Shown: one piece after another, positions 1-11,028 of the stretch
Position numbering within the stretch: the first letter of the stretch is position 1
Layout of the letters: each line of letters starts with the position of its first letter
Source of the DNA: Yuukianura sp. NJ FZ-2021
Lineage: Eukaryota
Direction of reading: 5' to 3'
DNA: 64,000 nucleotides
Assembly (NCBI GenBank): GCA_046563655.1
Contig: CM102286.1
Coordinates: 3,472,001-3,536,000 of the forward strand
Made by a program: the position numbers and the translations under genes
Notes under the pieces: generated by a model
What the model was told of the DNA's origin: nothing
Databases searched by the model: none
The model's input: only the letters and a program-made list of their open reading frames with translations

Positions 1-3000
1 ACTCCAACAATAAGAATGGAAAGTGGAAGTGTGGATGCATTGACGATTGCCTAGGAAAAATTTTCGAAAAATTACAAAACTGAAAAAATGTATAAAACTA
101 GCTTCTTTACTTCTTTCGTAAGCGGCATGTCCGTGATGATCCCATCAGTAATGATGAGCAGAATGTAATAATGTTGTCCATTCATGTTTTGTCTAGCTTC
201 ATTTGCTATTTCACGAATCACTGGAGCGAAATTGGTTGGTCCATGCAGTTGCACTTGTCGGGTGCATCTTCTGCAATTTCAAAAAATTTAGGTGAGGAAT
301 TTGTTTATGCTTATAACAGTTACCTGTAGCTGTCCAAAACGCCAGCTACCCCACTGCAATACGCAGAAGAGGAAAGCGTCACAGGAAAGTGATGTGAAGT
401 CTCTGCGTTATTAGGACGAATTATGGCGCCAAATCCATAAACGGGAAACATTTTGGTAGAATCATAGTCTTGAACAATTTCTCCAACTGCTTGAATTGCC
501 TGCTCGTAAGGATTCGTTTTGTTTTGTGAAATATGGTGAAGGCTGTTGGGTGAAATTGGGTGACCATTTGACGACGTAAAGTCAATTGAAAAGCAACAAT
601 GGATCTGAGTTCCACTCGTAATATACTCCATGAAGGTGTAAATTGGGCTAATTTGGATTTGTGACACGCGTAGTTTTGCTTTGAGAGTTTTTCCGCTTTT
701 GCCTGTAAGTGCAATTCCATCACCGCCAAGCATTCCCATCAGTTGTGTCACATTGGTCGTTACGGTTCCTATTAACTTGTGGTATCCATTGTACCCTTCT
801 TTGAAACATTGGATCTGAAGTCCCCTGTCTTTGTCTCCATTGCACAGACTTCGCATTGTTATGTTGTTTGGTTTCCAATTTGGATTTTCCGAGCGTAAGG
901 ATTCGCTTCGGTAAACAACTGTGTAAGTTCCGGTTTCATTTGCCTTTGAAATGATGTAGAAAACTTTTGGGGCGCAGAAGCTAAACGATGTTTTCATAAG
1001 CCTTCCTTCCAGTTTCAGCATCAACTGAAATTGAATTTAAAAAAAATGCAATGAAAAAATTTCTTTTGAAATATTTTAGCAAGTTTAGTGACTTCAGTAT
1101 CATACTTCTTCTTTCAATGCCGCCAATTCTTCAACACACAAAATGATGGAGCCCTTGTGGCGTCTGTCTTGTTTTGAAGTTGGAAGTGCCGCGTAAGCTG
1201 CATTTTTGTCCCGAAGAAGTGGTAAAGTTAGGCTATTAAATCCAGCAGCAACCATTTGTGCCAATTTGCACTCCGCAAATCCCAAAAAATCATGCTGGTC
1301 CAGATTGGCAGAAGGGGAGTCAATGTCGTAAACCTCGAATCGTAGAAATTGATCTTGTTCAAAAGTGTAATCCATCACAACCTAATCAATACAAAATATA
1401 TTAATAAATAGGCTAATAATTATTTGCACATAAGTTTAATTTTAATGTGTAAGCTACCTTGGATACAAAATCTGGATTTAGCGTATCCCAAATGACTTCA
1501 GTTCGTAGAAGTTCAGTCCATCGCGTGAACCCAATCGTTTGGTAGTAAACTACACACATCGGATCGGATCTTGACAAAGTATCCATATTCGGCAAATCTC
1601 TGTATGAAAAACACAAAATCAAAATTTTGGATTTTCCCAAAATTTCTGAAACTAAAGCATAGCATCGCAAAAGTTTTCTGCAAAAGCAATTTCATCCAGA
1701 AATTCTGAACTTCATCCACCCGTAAAGAGTTCCCAATCGATTTCCCCATGTTACCAAGTCGTACGGAATATGTACTTACTTAGTGAATATAAGTGCGTTA
1801 TGCTCGAGTGAGGATTTGCCCAAATTTCATATACATTTTCGGTGCGTAAACTTATGTACACAAAATGCACTGAGAAAGGAGCGTGCATAAGAATGCCTTA
1901 CCGAATCGGTACATAAAATTTCTGCATATAAACAGCGCTGCTCTTGTATATACAATTCATTTACTTTTTGTACGCGAAATATCCACTAAAATGATAGCAT
2001 ATACTCAGTATCTGATCAAATTAATTTTTATTAATCAATGCTATTAAATATATAGTATCAACAAAATGCTAATAATTGCACAGTGGAATACAAAACATCT
2101 TTTTCTTAAAGGGTAAACAAATACACTTTGTCCTTAAATAGTCCTTACTAGACAATGCTTTTCTAACCAGTTTGAGTAAGTCGGCAAATTCCTGCTTCAA
2201 AGTAGCTTGATTCTCAAGGACAACTTGTTGGAATTCTAAAAGTAAACAAGAAGAGTCATAAGTAGGAATACGAAATTCAGTAATATGATCAGCGTAGTGA
2301 CATAAATATTTACCTCGAAACTCGTATTGCTGTTGCTCGATGCTGTATTGCAGTTGCTGAATCGTGTGCTGCAGTTCAGCAATCGATACAGTATTGACCA
2401 ATGTAAGACTCAGTGGAACTGCTTCATTAACTGCTGCTAAAGCTACTTCTAAAATAAACAACAACACAATTACAATTTTGTCCTATCATAAGCCAAAACA
2501 GCTGTATGGCAATCACCTTCTGACTCCGTCAAGTTATGCTCAAAGGTATGAAGGCCAGTTTCAGCTCCATGTGGCGGTTGTTCAACAAAATTGTAATGCA
2601 GTGGTACTGTCGGTGCTGGTAATCGGGCTTGGGATTGTCCCTCGCTTTCTGAAATATCTGGAATCTCTAGCACTTTTGAAGTTCGCAGAGAGTTGGATTT
2701 TTCCCCCGCTTTTTCAAGTGAAACTGAAAAAAATTAACAAAAGTTTATTAGAAATTATAGGAAGGTTGTTTACTAGCATAATTGGTATTTTAATAAGCAC
2801 TAAACTACTAATTCGCTTACCGAATGATTTGATGTATTCAATGTCGTACTTTTTCCAGTCCTCTGGCTTTGACTCAGCCGATGTGGCCAGTTCCCTTAAG
2901 TTTTTCGTTAGCTTTGATAGCCAGTGACACCGTATTTGGTCGTCGTCAAACGCTAACCATGATGAAGGAACAACTGAAAACCTGTTTTCCGCTTTGAAAA

Positions 3001-3509
3001 AGAGAACTGAAAAGTTGTTGTAGTTGGTCCCCATCACGGACGAGTTGAAGACAAAACTAAACCGTACTATCATTAAAACTTAACGGACAACGAACTTCTG
3101 CTATATACTTTTTCAGCACCTATAATTCACCACTAAATGCTCTCAGAAAGAGAAATGAGAATCACTCACATAAACCGCACATAAATCTTACACCAATATG
3201 CATGAGTGCAGAAGAAGCGCTGAATATGTACGCATTATTTCCGAAGGTTTCAGTTACGACAGTTTAAACGCATTTTGCCTACTTTTTAAATATCTTAGGT
3301 ATCAGCATACAAAAAATCAGAACCATTTAAGCGCATAAATGGCAATGCAAAAGGAATCACGCTATATTCCTCACAGTTTATTTACGAAATATTCTAGATA
3401 TTCACAAAATATGTACGAATGGTAAGATGGGTCCTTACCTGCACGAAATGCTAATTTCTACTGTAGATGTTGGCTCGATGGCTGACCCCGGGACAAATTG
3501 ATTCGTCAT
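1..3509 (-). CDS. Copine (two C2 domains + vWA domain), 3' end beyond window start
   Basis: Exon 1 3509-3439 reads [24 protein letters not shown]. Exon 2 1599-1458 reads [17 protein letters not shown]. Further exons at about 1381-1106 ([12 protein letters not shown]), 1024-323 ([21 protein letters not shown]), 270-109 ([25 protein letters not shown]) and <50 ([11 protein letters not shown]). GT-AG junctions were checked for exons 1-2. Confidence 0.95.
1745..3431. mobile_element. Non-autonomous EnSpm/CACTA (CMC)-like DNA transposon in copine intron 1
   Basis: Left end is CCCATGTTACCAAGTCGTAC and the reverse complement of the right end is CCCATCTTACCATTCGTAC. A 2-bp direct repeat TC flanks both ends (1743-1744, 3432-3433). 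It carries a spliced accessory ORF but no transposase. Confidence 0.8.
2149..3034 (-). CDS. Transposon-borne spliced accessory ORF (DUF4806-associated-type N-terminus + coiled coil), 3' truncated
   Basis: Four exons join in frame at GT-AG junctions: [41 protein letters not shown]...[15 protein letters not shown] / VSLEKAGEK...DISESE / EVALAAV...QQQYEFR / [17 protein letters not shown]. From recall, the VVPxxW..CxW..PxxW.xY pattern resembles accessory proteins of invertebrate CMC elements. Confidence 0.55.
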
Positions 3510-4950
3510 TTTGAACTAAGAAATCAGAAAAACGCTAAATACAAGCCCAAATTTGCAAATTCAATTACACCGCATAAAAAGGACTAAATTGTAGGGTTAC
3601 AGCAGAAACAACGGAAAGGGATTAATCGTCACTGATCACAACTTTTATGAACAAGCATACAACCATACTACCCACGCTGCCGTCACCTCTATGCGTAAAG
3701 TGCGACTGACTTAAACGTGCGTCTAAACAATCAACAAGTAAACCTAATGACGTCAATGGTCTCATCCCCGGAAATGCAAATTTAGCTTTCACCTAGGTTG
3801 AGCGTAGGCGTCTCTTCGGTACTTGTATCGAAAAAATTTACAGAAACAAAGCCAATACATAGCACTATATTTGTTAAATAGAAGAACGAAATTTAAGTGT
3901 AATGTGATAAATTTAAGGTTCCAAAATGTCTAGAAGTAATTTCCAAAGTTATTTCTCATATTTAATGTCTTACAACCACAACCACTCCTTATCAATCTTA
4001 TAATTGGTACATTTAAAAACAACTCATTTGTATAACATAATTAACGAATTATAAAAGGAATTCCAGATTAACAGTACCTAGGTTTCCAATTTACAACATT
4101 ATGCTTGTATTCTCAGAAACTATTGGGGTACAATGATGTGTTAGCGACGAACTTCTGCTTGGTTTATTTTTGGGATACACCGTTTTAGTAAACCACGTCA
4201 GCACTAAAGTAGGTCTTTGACTCATCGTTAGATCAAGAAAATGCTCATCCTAAAAGCTTTTTTTTTTTTACTTTCGCTTACCTTGGCGAAAGTTTTTTTT
4301 TACCATTGAGACAAGCTCTGAATGAAACAGTACAAAAGAAAACCAAAACTTTATTAATGTTTTTGTTTTTACGTAAAGTTTGGACAGCAATTCTCCGCAA
4401 GGTTGAGTGGAACTTGGTAGAAAAACAATATTTTCAGGCTGATGAAGCATAACTTTTATTTACCGTTCCCGAAGTATATGCTGATTCCGTGTGTATACTG
4501 TTCAATTTTTGTTAAAAAGAATACAATATTAAAAAATAATACAGAAGGGATTTGATTTTGGCGTTTTGCCTAAAATTTAATCTTTTCAAAAAAAAACTGC
4601 GCCAGCCCATTGTTCATCCTTATTAGTAACACGGCACAAGTGTTATAAAAAAAAACAAGTTCTGTATTGTTGTGCGAAATACTACACTTTTTAAAGTGAT
4701 TGAATTCATTAAGGACGTGTGTTATGCGTCTAATAAACAATAATCGTTAAATTTAGTAACCACGATAACGGAGCTTGTGCAGTTAGTAAAACATGCAGAC
4801 ATCGACAAAAAGAAACACCCTTAAGTGAGTGGTGAAAAAGGATCAGTGGAAAGATGATCAAAAAAAGTATGCACTTTGAAACAAACAAACTACTGACACA
4901 AGTTCGGTTGCCGTCGTCTGGGTTTTAAAATAACTTTTCCGAGACAGTGA

Positions 4951-5246
4951 CATTGAAATTGAAAAATGGCGTGGCTCAGCGTAGGAAGGTCGTACAATGA
5001 CCCACAATATATCAAACTTTAGGAAAAGACTTGATCTAGTACCCTGTCGGAGAAAATTACACAATTTTAGTTCTAACTGTGAAAAAAATTGACTCAAACA
5101 TTCCACCCCCATATTTACATAGATAGAACTAAAATTTTGTAATTTTCTCCGACAGGGTACTAGATCAAGTCTTTTCCTAAAGTTTGATATATTGTTGGTC
5201 ATTGTACGACCTTCCTACGCTGATCCAGACCATTTTCCATTTGATG
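4951..5246. repeat. Long near-perfect inverted repeat (foldback/MITE-like), arms about 125 bp, loop about 30 bp
   Basis: TCAGCGTAGGAAGGTCGTACAATGACCCACAATATATCAAACTTTAGGAAAAGACTTGATCTAGTACCCTGTCGGAGAAAATTAC (4976-5060) recurs as a reverse complement at about 5139-5223 with about 1 mismatch. Confidence 0.9.
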
Positions 5247-5340
5247 AGTTACAGCCGCATTTTGACCCCCCGTTTCCAGGGTGTTCGCACACCTTAATAG
5301 TCAAGTATCACTGAACCAACCCAGTACTCACTCACGCAAC

Positions 5341-5814
5341 ATGATTTACTCTGTTGTGACATTTTTAACTTTCCTAACATTATCTTTTGCAAGAGTGAAC
5401 CAAAATGCGGAAAATTTTAAAATTCATCAACAGTGTTACGAACTTTTCGACAAACTTATTCATAAGGCACACGAACATCGAAAAACTAAACTTGTGCAAA
5501 CACAGTTTAGAGTTTGTGATTCTAGCCCCCAAAATTTTCACAAATTTCTTCAAAGAATCACTCTCCAGTCAAATCCAAAAGTTCAGCCAAGTGAAAATTT
5601 TTACGTAAACGTACCATTTCTTCCCAACCACCAACTTCAGCCCAAAGAAAGCAGTGACCACACTAAACAACACGGAAATGGAGTTTCAGAACACAAAATG
5701 GAAGAAAGTTTACTAACAAGAGAAGCCACGATTGTTTTTCTTGTTGTTTTTGTTCCAATTTACTTTAGCGTCCTGTTGGTTGCTACAGTCTACTTTATAT
5801 ACATCCTCGGGTAA
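5341..5814 (+). CDS. Uncharacterised protein with signal peptide and C-terminal transmembrane helix
   Basis: MIYSVVTFLTFLTLSFA is a signal-like N-terminus and IVFLVVFVPIYFSVLLVATVYFIYIL is a hydrophobic C-terminus. 157 codons are open. It may splice at the GT at 5811. Confidence 0.5.
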   Translation: MIYSVVTFLTFLTLSFARVNQNAENFKIHQQCYELFDKLIHKAHEHRKTKLVQTQFRVCDSSPQNFHKFLQRITLQSNPKVQPSENFYVNVPFLPNHQLQPKESSDHTKQHGNGVSEHKMEESLLTREATIVFLVVFVPIYFSVLLVATVYFIYILG

Positions 5815-5914
5815 TTTTGAATTTACTACTAAAACAAAAATTATTGGAATTTTTAAGGTATAAGGCGAAATTACTTTTTTAGTGCATCCGAGTTAGTCGT
5901 TGTCATAAACTGTA

Positions 5915-6531
5915 ATGCTGTCCACAAAATTTCTGTATTTGTCGGTCATACCATTAGTGGCTTCCAGTCGTCAATTCACTGTAGAACCCCGTCTTCATAA
6001 AAACCTTCATCAGGTATAACACAAACAATTTTTTCAGAATTCAATCTTACCAGATAAATTTTACATAGTTTTATGCTGTCAATGCACCAAAGTCTGTGGA
6101 CCGCGGAAAACAAATTTCGACGGAGTACCTACCAGTATGGCTGACTATTGCGGGAGCATCAATTGCTTCAGGCCTCCTACTTATAATTGGGTAACATGGA
6201 CATTTCAATATTTCATCTGCACTAAAATTCTTAATGTGCCTTCATAAAATTTTTTAATTTCAGGCTGGCCGCGTCACAATTAACTGAGGAGTTACATCAT
6301 GCAAGGAAACATGAAGCACATAAGGAAAAAACCGCCGGTGAGATTCAAAGGTTAGGCCGAAGAGATCAAGTGCTGCATATCCATGCAGCAGTTCTTGATT
6401 CGTCAGAAGAAAGCGACAAAAAAGAAAAAGACAGCGAAGAGGAAAAGAAAGACAAAGCGGCAAAAGGGCTTAACCTGCCCGTCAATTGTTTTCACCTTCG
6501 AATTCCGTTGGAATCGGAGAAGATCCGTTAG
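5915..6531 (+). CDS. Predicted 3-exon small type I membrane protein (not in ORF track)
   Basis: Exons 5915-6013, 6069-6190 and 6264-6531 join in frame through 55- and 73-nt GT-AG introns: MLSTKFLYLSVIPLVASS...YLPVWLTIAGASIASGLLLIIGLAA...DSSEESDKKEKDSEEEKKDK...EKIR*. Confidence 0.5.
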
Positions 6532-8365
6532 TCATGCTCACTGCCTCCAAATACGACGGCGCTGAAAATGTCAGGATAGGAATCAACATTTATATTTTCA
6601 GAATGCAGATATGTAACTTACGAACGTCGGAATCATCATCACTTTCATTTTGTTCAGATGGACTGAGGTCCTGAACGTGTCCACCAACAGGTCCAACTAT
6701 TTCTGGCTGACGTAGTCGATTACTTAAGCTTCGTTGGCTTATTACACTGTTTGCTCTTGATTGAATTTGTCGCAGTGGAATTGTGCCAATAATTACGGGA
6801 ACTTTTGCAATGGTGAGTAGTCCTGTTGGGAGTTTAGTTTTAATCTGGAAATAATATTAATTGTTAACATATAAAAGAGATTTGATAGTTGTTTCTCAAA
6901 GTTATAATTTTCATTTTACCGCTATAAAGTATTTGGTTGAAATCAGGTACGATGAATTCAGTGGAGTTGAAGGCAGTATTTTTGACGGTACTTCAAGTCG
7001 AGCTGTAAATCTAACCTGCTTTCCCCAATTTTTTTGATAAATTATACTAGAACTGAGGATCACTTCAGACTCCGAGAGTGATCCGGACGGACATTTGTAC
7101 GTTGTTTCCTACAAAATAATCAATACAAAAATATAAACCTACAGCATCACCGGCCAAGGTTTGTTGACATTGATTTTCTTTATCAGGTTGAGTAATACCT
7201 CATGTTTTATCGATTTTGAAAAAAAGAGTGTCTTCCATTTCTTGGTATCGTAGTCACAACAATACAGGCGAATTTTTTTAATTTTACATACAAATTGGTA
7301 CCTTTTTTTTTCATTTTTTTTTGCAATAAGTGAGGTAGTGTTCAACCTGTTAAAGGAAATTCATTTTTCGATGTCAAGGAACCTTGATCACCGGCAAAGC
7401 GTGTAAATTTATCTTCTTACGTTTATGAGTTCTACAAGGATTGTTTGAATGCAGAAACCGACAGTATGAGACATTTCCACCGACAAATATATAAATTCTC
7501 CCGGAATGTATCCTTGTGACGGCAGTTGAACATTCGTGTTAATCACTTTCACTGCATACTCGTCATCTCCATTTCCACTACGTGTTGACCGCATCGGAAG
7601 TGTTTTTTCAAAAGAGAAGTATGAATTGAGCCCTGCCAGCGAATGAAGATTCAGATCTTGTGAATTGATGACACGAAATATGACTTTGTGTGAAATCCTC
7701 ATGGGGTAGCGGTGACCCACTGAAAATGAAGTCATTGCTTCATACTGGACCATGCCTAAGTGACTGGTGAAAGTTGAAGGTAGAGCGGCAGGAAGGTTAA
7801 ACTGAAATGGAAATCCATTTTGTCCAGGAGCCAACACAACTGAAGAAAAATCTGTTCAACGGTATAAAATATACATTTAAAACGTTTTGTATTAAAAAGA
7901 AGTTTGTTTCAATGGGATTTACTTTTATATACCTGCGGGTGTAAGGAATACTTGTCTTTGCAAATGAATTTCATGGCTGTCTTGACCAATACTGTTACGC
8001 TGATTTCCCAAGGATACTGCTGACGAACATCGCGATGTATTTGCATTTATTATTCTACTGCCCAAGTTTGTTCTTGTGAAACCATTGAACGTTACCGAAA
8101 TTACTAAAAATTCAACAAATCTAACTTTTGCATCGTTTGCTCAATATTTGATCGTCAATTGTCTCAAAACGTAGAAAAAATTTATAGCTAACCAAACAGT
8201 AGGAATCTGTCTAAGAAATTTTATTATAACCTTACTTTCTCTGAGCCGTTGTGGTTCGCCAGTTCCATTTACTACAATGACTTGACCTCTGATTGTTTCT
8301 CCAGAAAAGTAGGCATGTTTCGGAAGAAAAATTTGAGTTTTAAACATTAATTTTGAAACGTCCAT
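6482..8365 (-). CDS. Alpha-arrestin (arrestin domain-containing protein), copy 1
   Basis: YFSGETIRGQVIV, PGQNGFPFQFNLPAALPSTF..HLGMVQYE, GYIPGEFI, KVPVIIGTIPL and terminal APSYLEAVSM are present over about 6 exons. The stop TGA is at 6484-6482. Confidence 0.88.
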
Positions 8366-8505
8366 TTGATATTAGCCGCAACAACAAAATTTTACTTCCT
8401 GAATTGAAAAATTGTCACTATGTTTTATTTTCTTTTTCTGAATTGACAATGAATTCAGTTTTGGAGAAAGTAAAATCCATTTCTTCGTTCAGGCGCAGAA
8501 CATGG

Positions 8506-8523
8506 AAGTAAACATTGACGTCA
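8506..8523. promoter_or_regulatory. Forkhead (GTAAACA) + CRE (TGACGTCA) composite motif upstream of arrestin copy 1
   Basis: AAGTAAACATTGACGTCA lies about 140-160 bp upstream of the ATG. The identical 16-mer occurs upstream of arrestin copy 2. Confidence 0.55.
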
Positions 8524-8689
8524 CCTACATCCTGTCTTGAAATGAATTAATCTCTTATCTGCTATTACTGTAATACTAATACTGAAATCTGGATTAGATT
8601 ACCGATTGGTTTGTTTATTCTCATGTTGTTGCATTTCATGATGTAATTGAAAGGAAATTAAACTGCAAACACTGTATCACTTCACTGTA

Positions 8690-11028
8690 TCACTTTCTAG
8701 TGATACTTTGGAAGTATCGTTCATACGCTCGATCAGCAGCTACTGAACCGTAGATTGGTGCATATCCGGAGTGCTCAACGTAACCATTCTGTTCTTGATA
8801 TTGACGCAGAGTCACTCGACGGGAAGTGGCGTTTTGAGCAATTGTCCGGGTTCCTTGGAGTGCTCGTTTGACACTTTTGGCAGCCATTTCTTTTCTTCTG
8901 GCCTCTTCTGGACCCAACTTTCTTGCAGCGATCAGTCGTTCCCTCATCTGTTCCAAACTGATTTCTTCATCTGCTTTTGTCCTCTTTACAGCAACTTCCG
9001 TAACTGGTGCTGATAGTACTGGAGCCGTAGTTGTGGATGCTTGCGCTGAAGACGCACTAGCAGCGGCAGCAGCTTCCTTCGCTTCTGCGGCTCGTTTTAG
9101 TAACCTCTTCTTCTTCTTTCGTCTCCTTGCCTTTTCTTCTTGGATTTCCTGGAGGCCAGTAAATAAATCTGTTAAAAATAGAATTCAAACTGGAGAATTG
9201 AATTGAATAATTCGATTTACCCGGATCTTCTTAGCCTGTGGAGGCGGGACGGATTATTCCGTTGTTCCGCTGATTGGATTCCACCGATCTTCATCAACCC
9301 CACCACTAAACCAGCAAAACCTTACTCAGGATACCTTTAGCATCACTACTGTTTAGCGGAAACTCCAAAAATCAGGTCGGAAATTGGCATTACGGTACGA
9401 AATTTTAGAACAAAAATCAACATATATTTTCAGGATTTCCTACTACCCCTAGGAAGGTTAGGAAATGGAACCATTTGTGTCCAAAACTGTTGCAAACCGC
9501 AGCAGCAGTTTCGCGGCCAGCATAACCTGAAATACCTACCGGGTGGGGCCCACTTCTCGCGTGTTTTTGAATTTCCCACCTTATTGCAGTGATGCTGGAG
9601 GCAAAATTAAGTAAGGTATTACGGGTTTGTTGGAGTTCAAGAGTTTGATTAACCAAGATCAGCGGAATCCAATCAGCGATATCAGCGGAATAATCCGTCC
9701 CTTAAGGCGCTCAAAAAGAAAGTCAATGAGTCTGATGGCTTCAAGTTTCCGTCGAGCGATTAAATACTTTCGTTCTTCCATGGCAATTTTCAGATCCATG
9801 TCACCAGCATCTTTATCTTTTCCGGAAGTGTCTTCCGCTTCGCCTGTTTTCGAACTAGATTAGCAATATTTTAGTGTTAAAAAAAATAGACACTAGGTTA
9901 AAAAATTTGGCTTTCGGAAGGAACTACTAACGTGATTGCTGTAGCAGTAGATTTTGCTCCAGTTTTTTTCTCATCTTGTCCTGGAAGAGATTGTAGCTTT
10001 CTAATTTCAGACTCACGTTGATTGATAGAATCTTCGCTTAAATGTTTCGTTTTATCGAAATCCACCTGATAATTTTAAGAAATGAACTATGAACTTAAAA
10101 AAACTCAAATTGTTAAGCGAACAATTTGTCCCAGACCTTAATTGAAGTAACGAATAATTTTTCATCCTCCTTGTGAGCTAGAAATGATCCTCTCAGGGCA
10201 TCCATGGCCTTCACGAAACCCAAGTACTCTTTGTACTGAACATATCCTTCAAATACACGATCGAGATTGAAGCTGAAAGTTTTTATCCCGGATAAACTAG
10301 GCTTCATTTTGTTCCTGTATGGATCCAACATCGGGATGTCAACACATCGAACTTCTCCAAATACTTCCCAGACTCTGCGAAACATTCGTTCAGAAGGCCT
10401 TGCTGCTGGGTCAATTTCACATGGTTCCTTCCCTCCTTTGGAGGAATCCTTCGACTTTGCGTCGCGGAACCAGTCAATGGGAAGGTTTTGAAAATGAATT
10501 GTATCTGGTCGTTCCCCCGCCTTCATTTCATTCATATTTCGAGCATCCCGAAAAAACGAATCCCAGTCGTATTTGGAAGGAAACGAAATCTTTGTCTCGG
10601 CACAAAAAATTTTCAATGGTTCTTTGATTCCAGTCACCTTCATTTTCTTTCCTGCAGATTTTAGAAAACAAATCACGTAATTAGTCGAACAGTTTTTGTA
10701 ACGTCCCCAAGCACTTACCGTCAAGTCTTCCCACAATACTTTTCAAAACAGTTCGGTTTTCCAGGTCGCCTTCAAATCTAATAAATTCCAAAGTGTTCTT
10801 CACAGTCTTGATAGATATAAATTCGTCCGGTGCTACGAGAGTTTTCAATTTTTCCATAATCCCCCAACTGGAGACATTTGTTCCACCGCTTGGAATTGAG
10901 TGTTTGAGTGTAGGGAAGTGAATTGTGATATTGATTCTGGACATTGGTTTTAGAAACAGATTCCCTGGAGTGTATAGCTCTGATACGTCAGTAATGTCTC
11001 GAGATTCGTGCATCGATGACAATTTCAT
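8690..11028 (-). CDS. AKAP17A: A-kinase anchor protein 17A (splicing factor XE7/SFRS17A)
   Basis: Family motifs LFLKPMSRINITIHFP, SWGIMEKLK, EFIRFEGDLEN, MNEMKAGERPDTIH, VDIPMLDPYR, VDFDKTKHLS and EERKYLIARRKLEAIRLI are present. Exons are about 11028-10719, 10654-10136, 10065-9932, 9854-9701, 9235-9221 and 9148-8690. Joining the last two exons requires removing the MITE. Confidence 0.92.
9247..9700. mobile_element. Mutator-like MITE within AKAP17A coding sequence (candidate introner)
   Basis: TIRs are GGACGGATTATTCCG-n6/7-CGCTGATTGGATTCC at both ends, with patchy inverted similarity for over 100 bp. Minus-strand flanks are CGCCTTAAG and CGCCTCCACAG, read as a decayed 9-bp TSD. Confidence 0.85.

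Noticed and set aside
2364..2927. 187-aa plus-strand ORF
   Set aside because: It is the antisense shadow of the spliced minus-strand transposon ORF and has no recognisable features.
9417..9863. ORFs 9417-9656 (-) and 9627-9863 (+)
   Set aside because: They lie inside the MITE or antisense to AKAP17A and show no transposase motifs.
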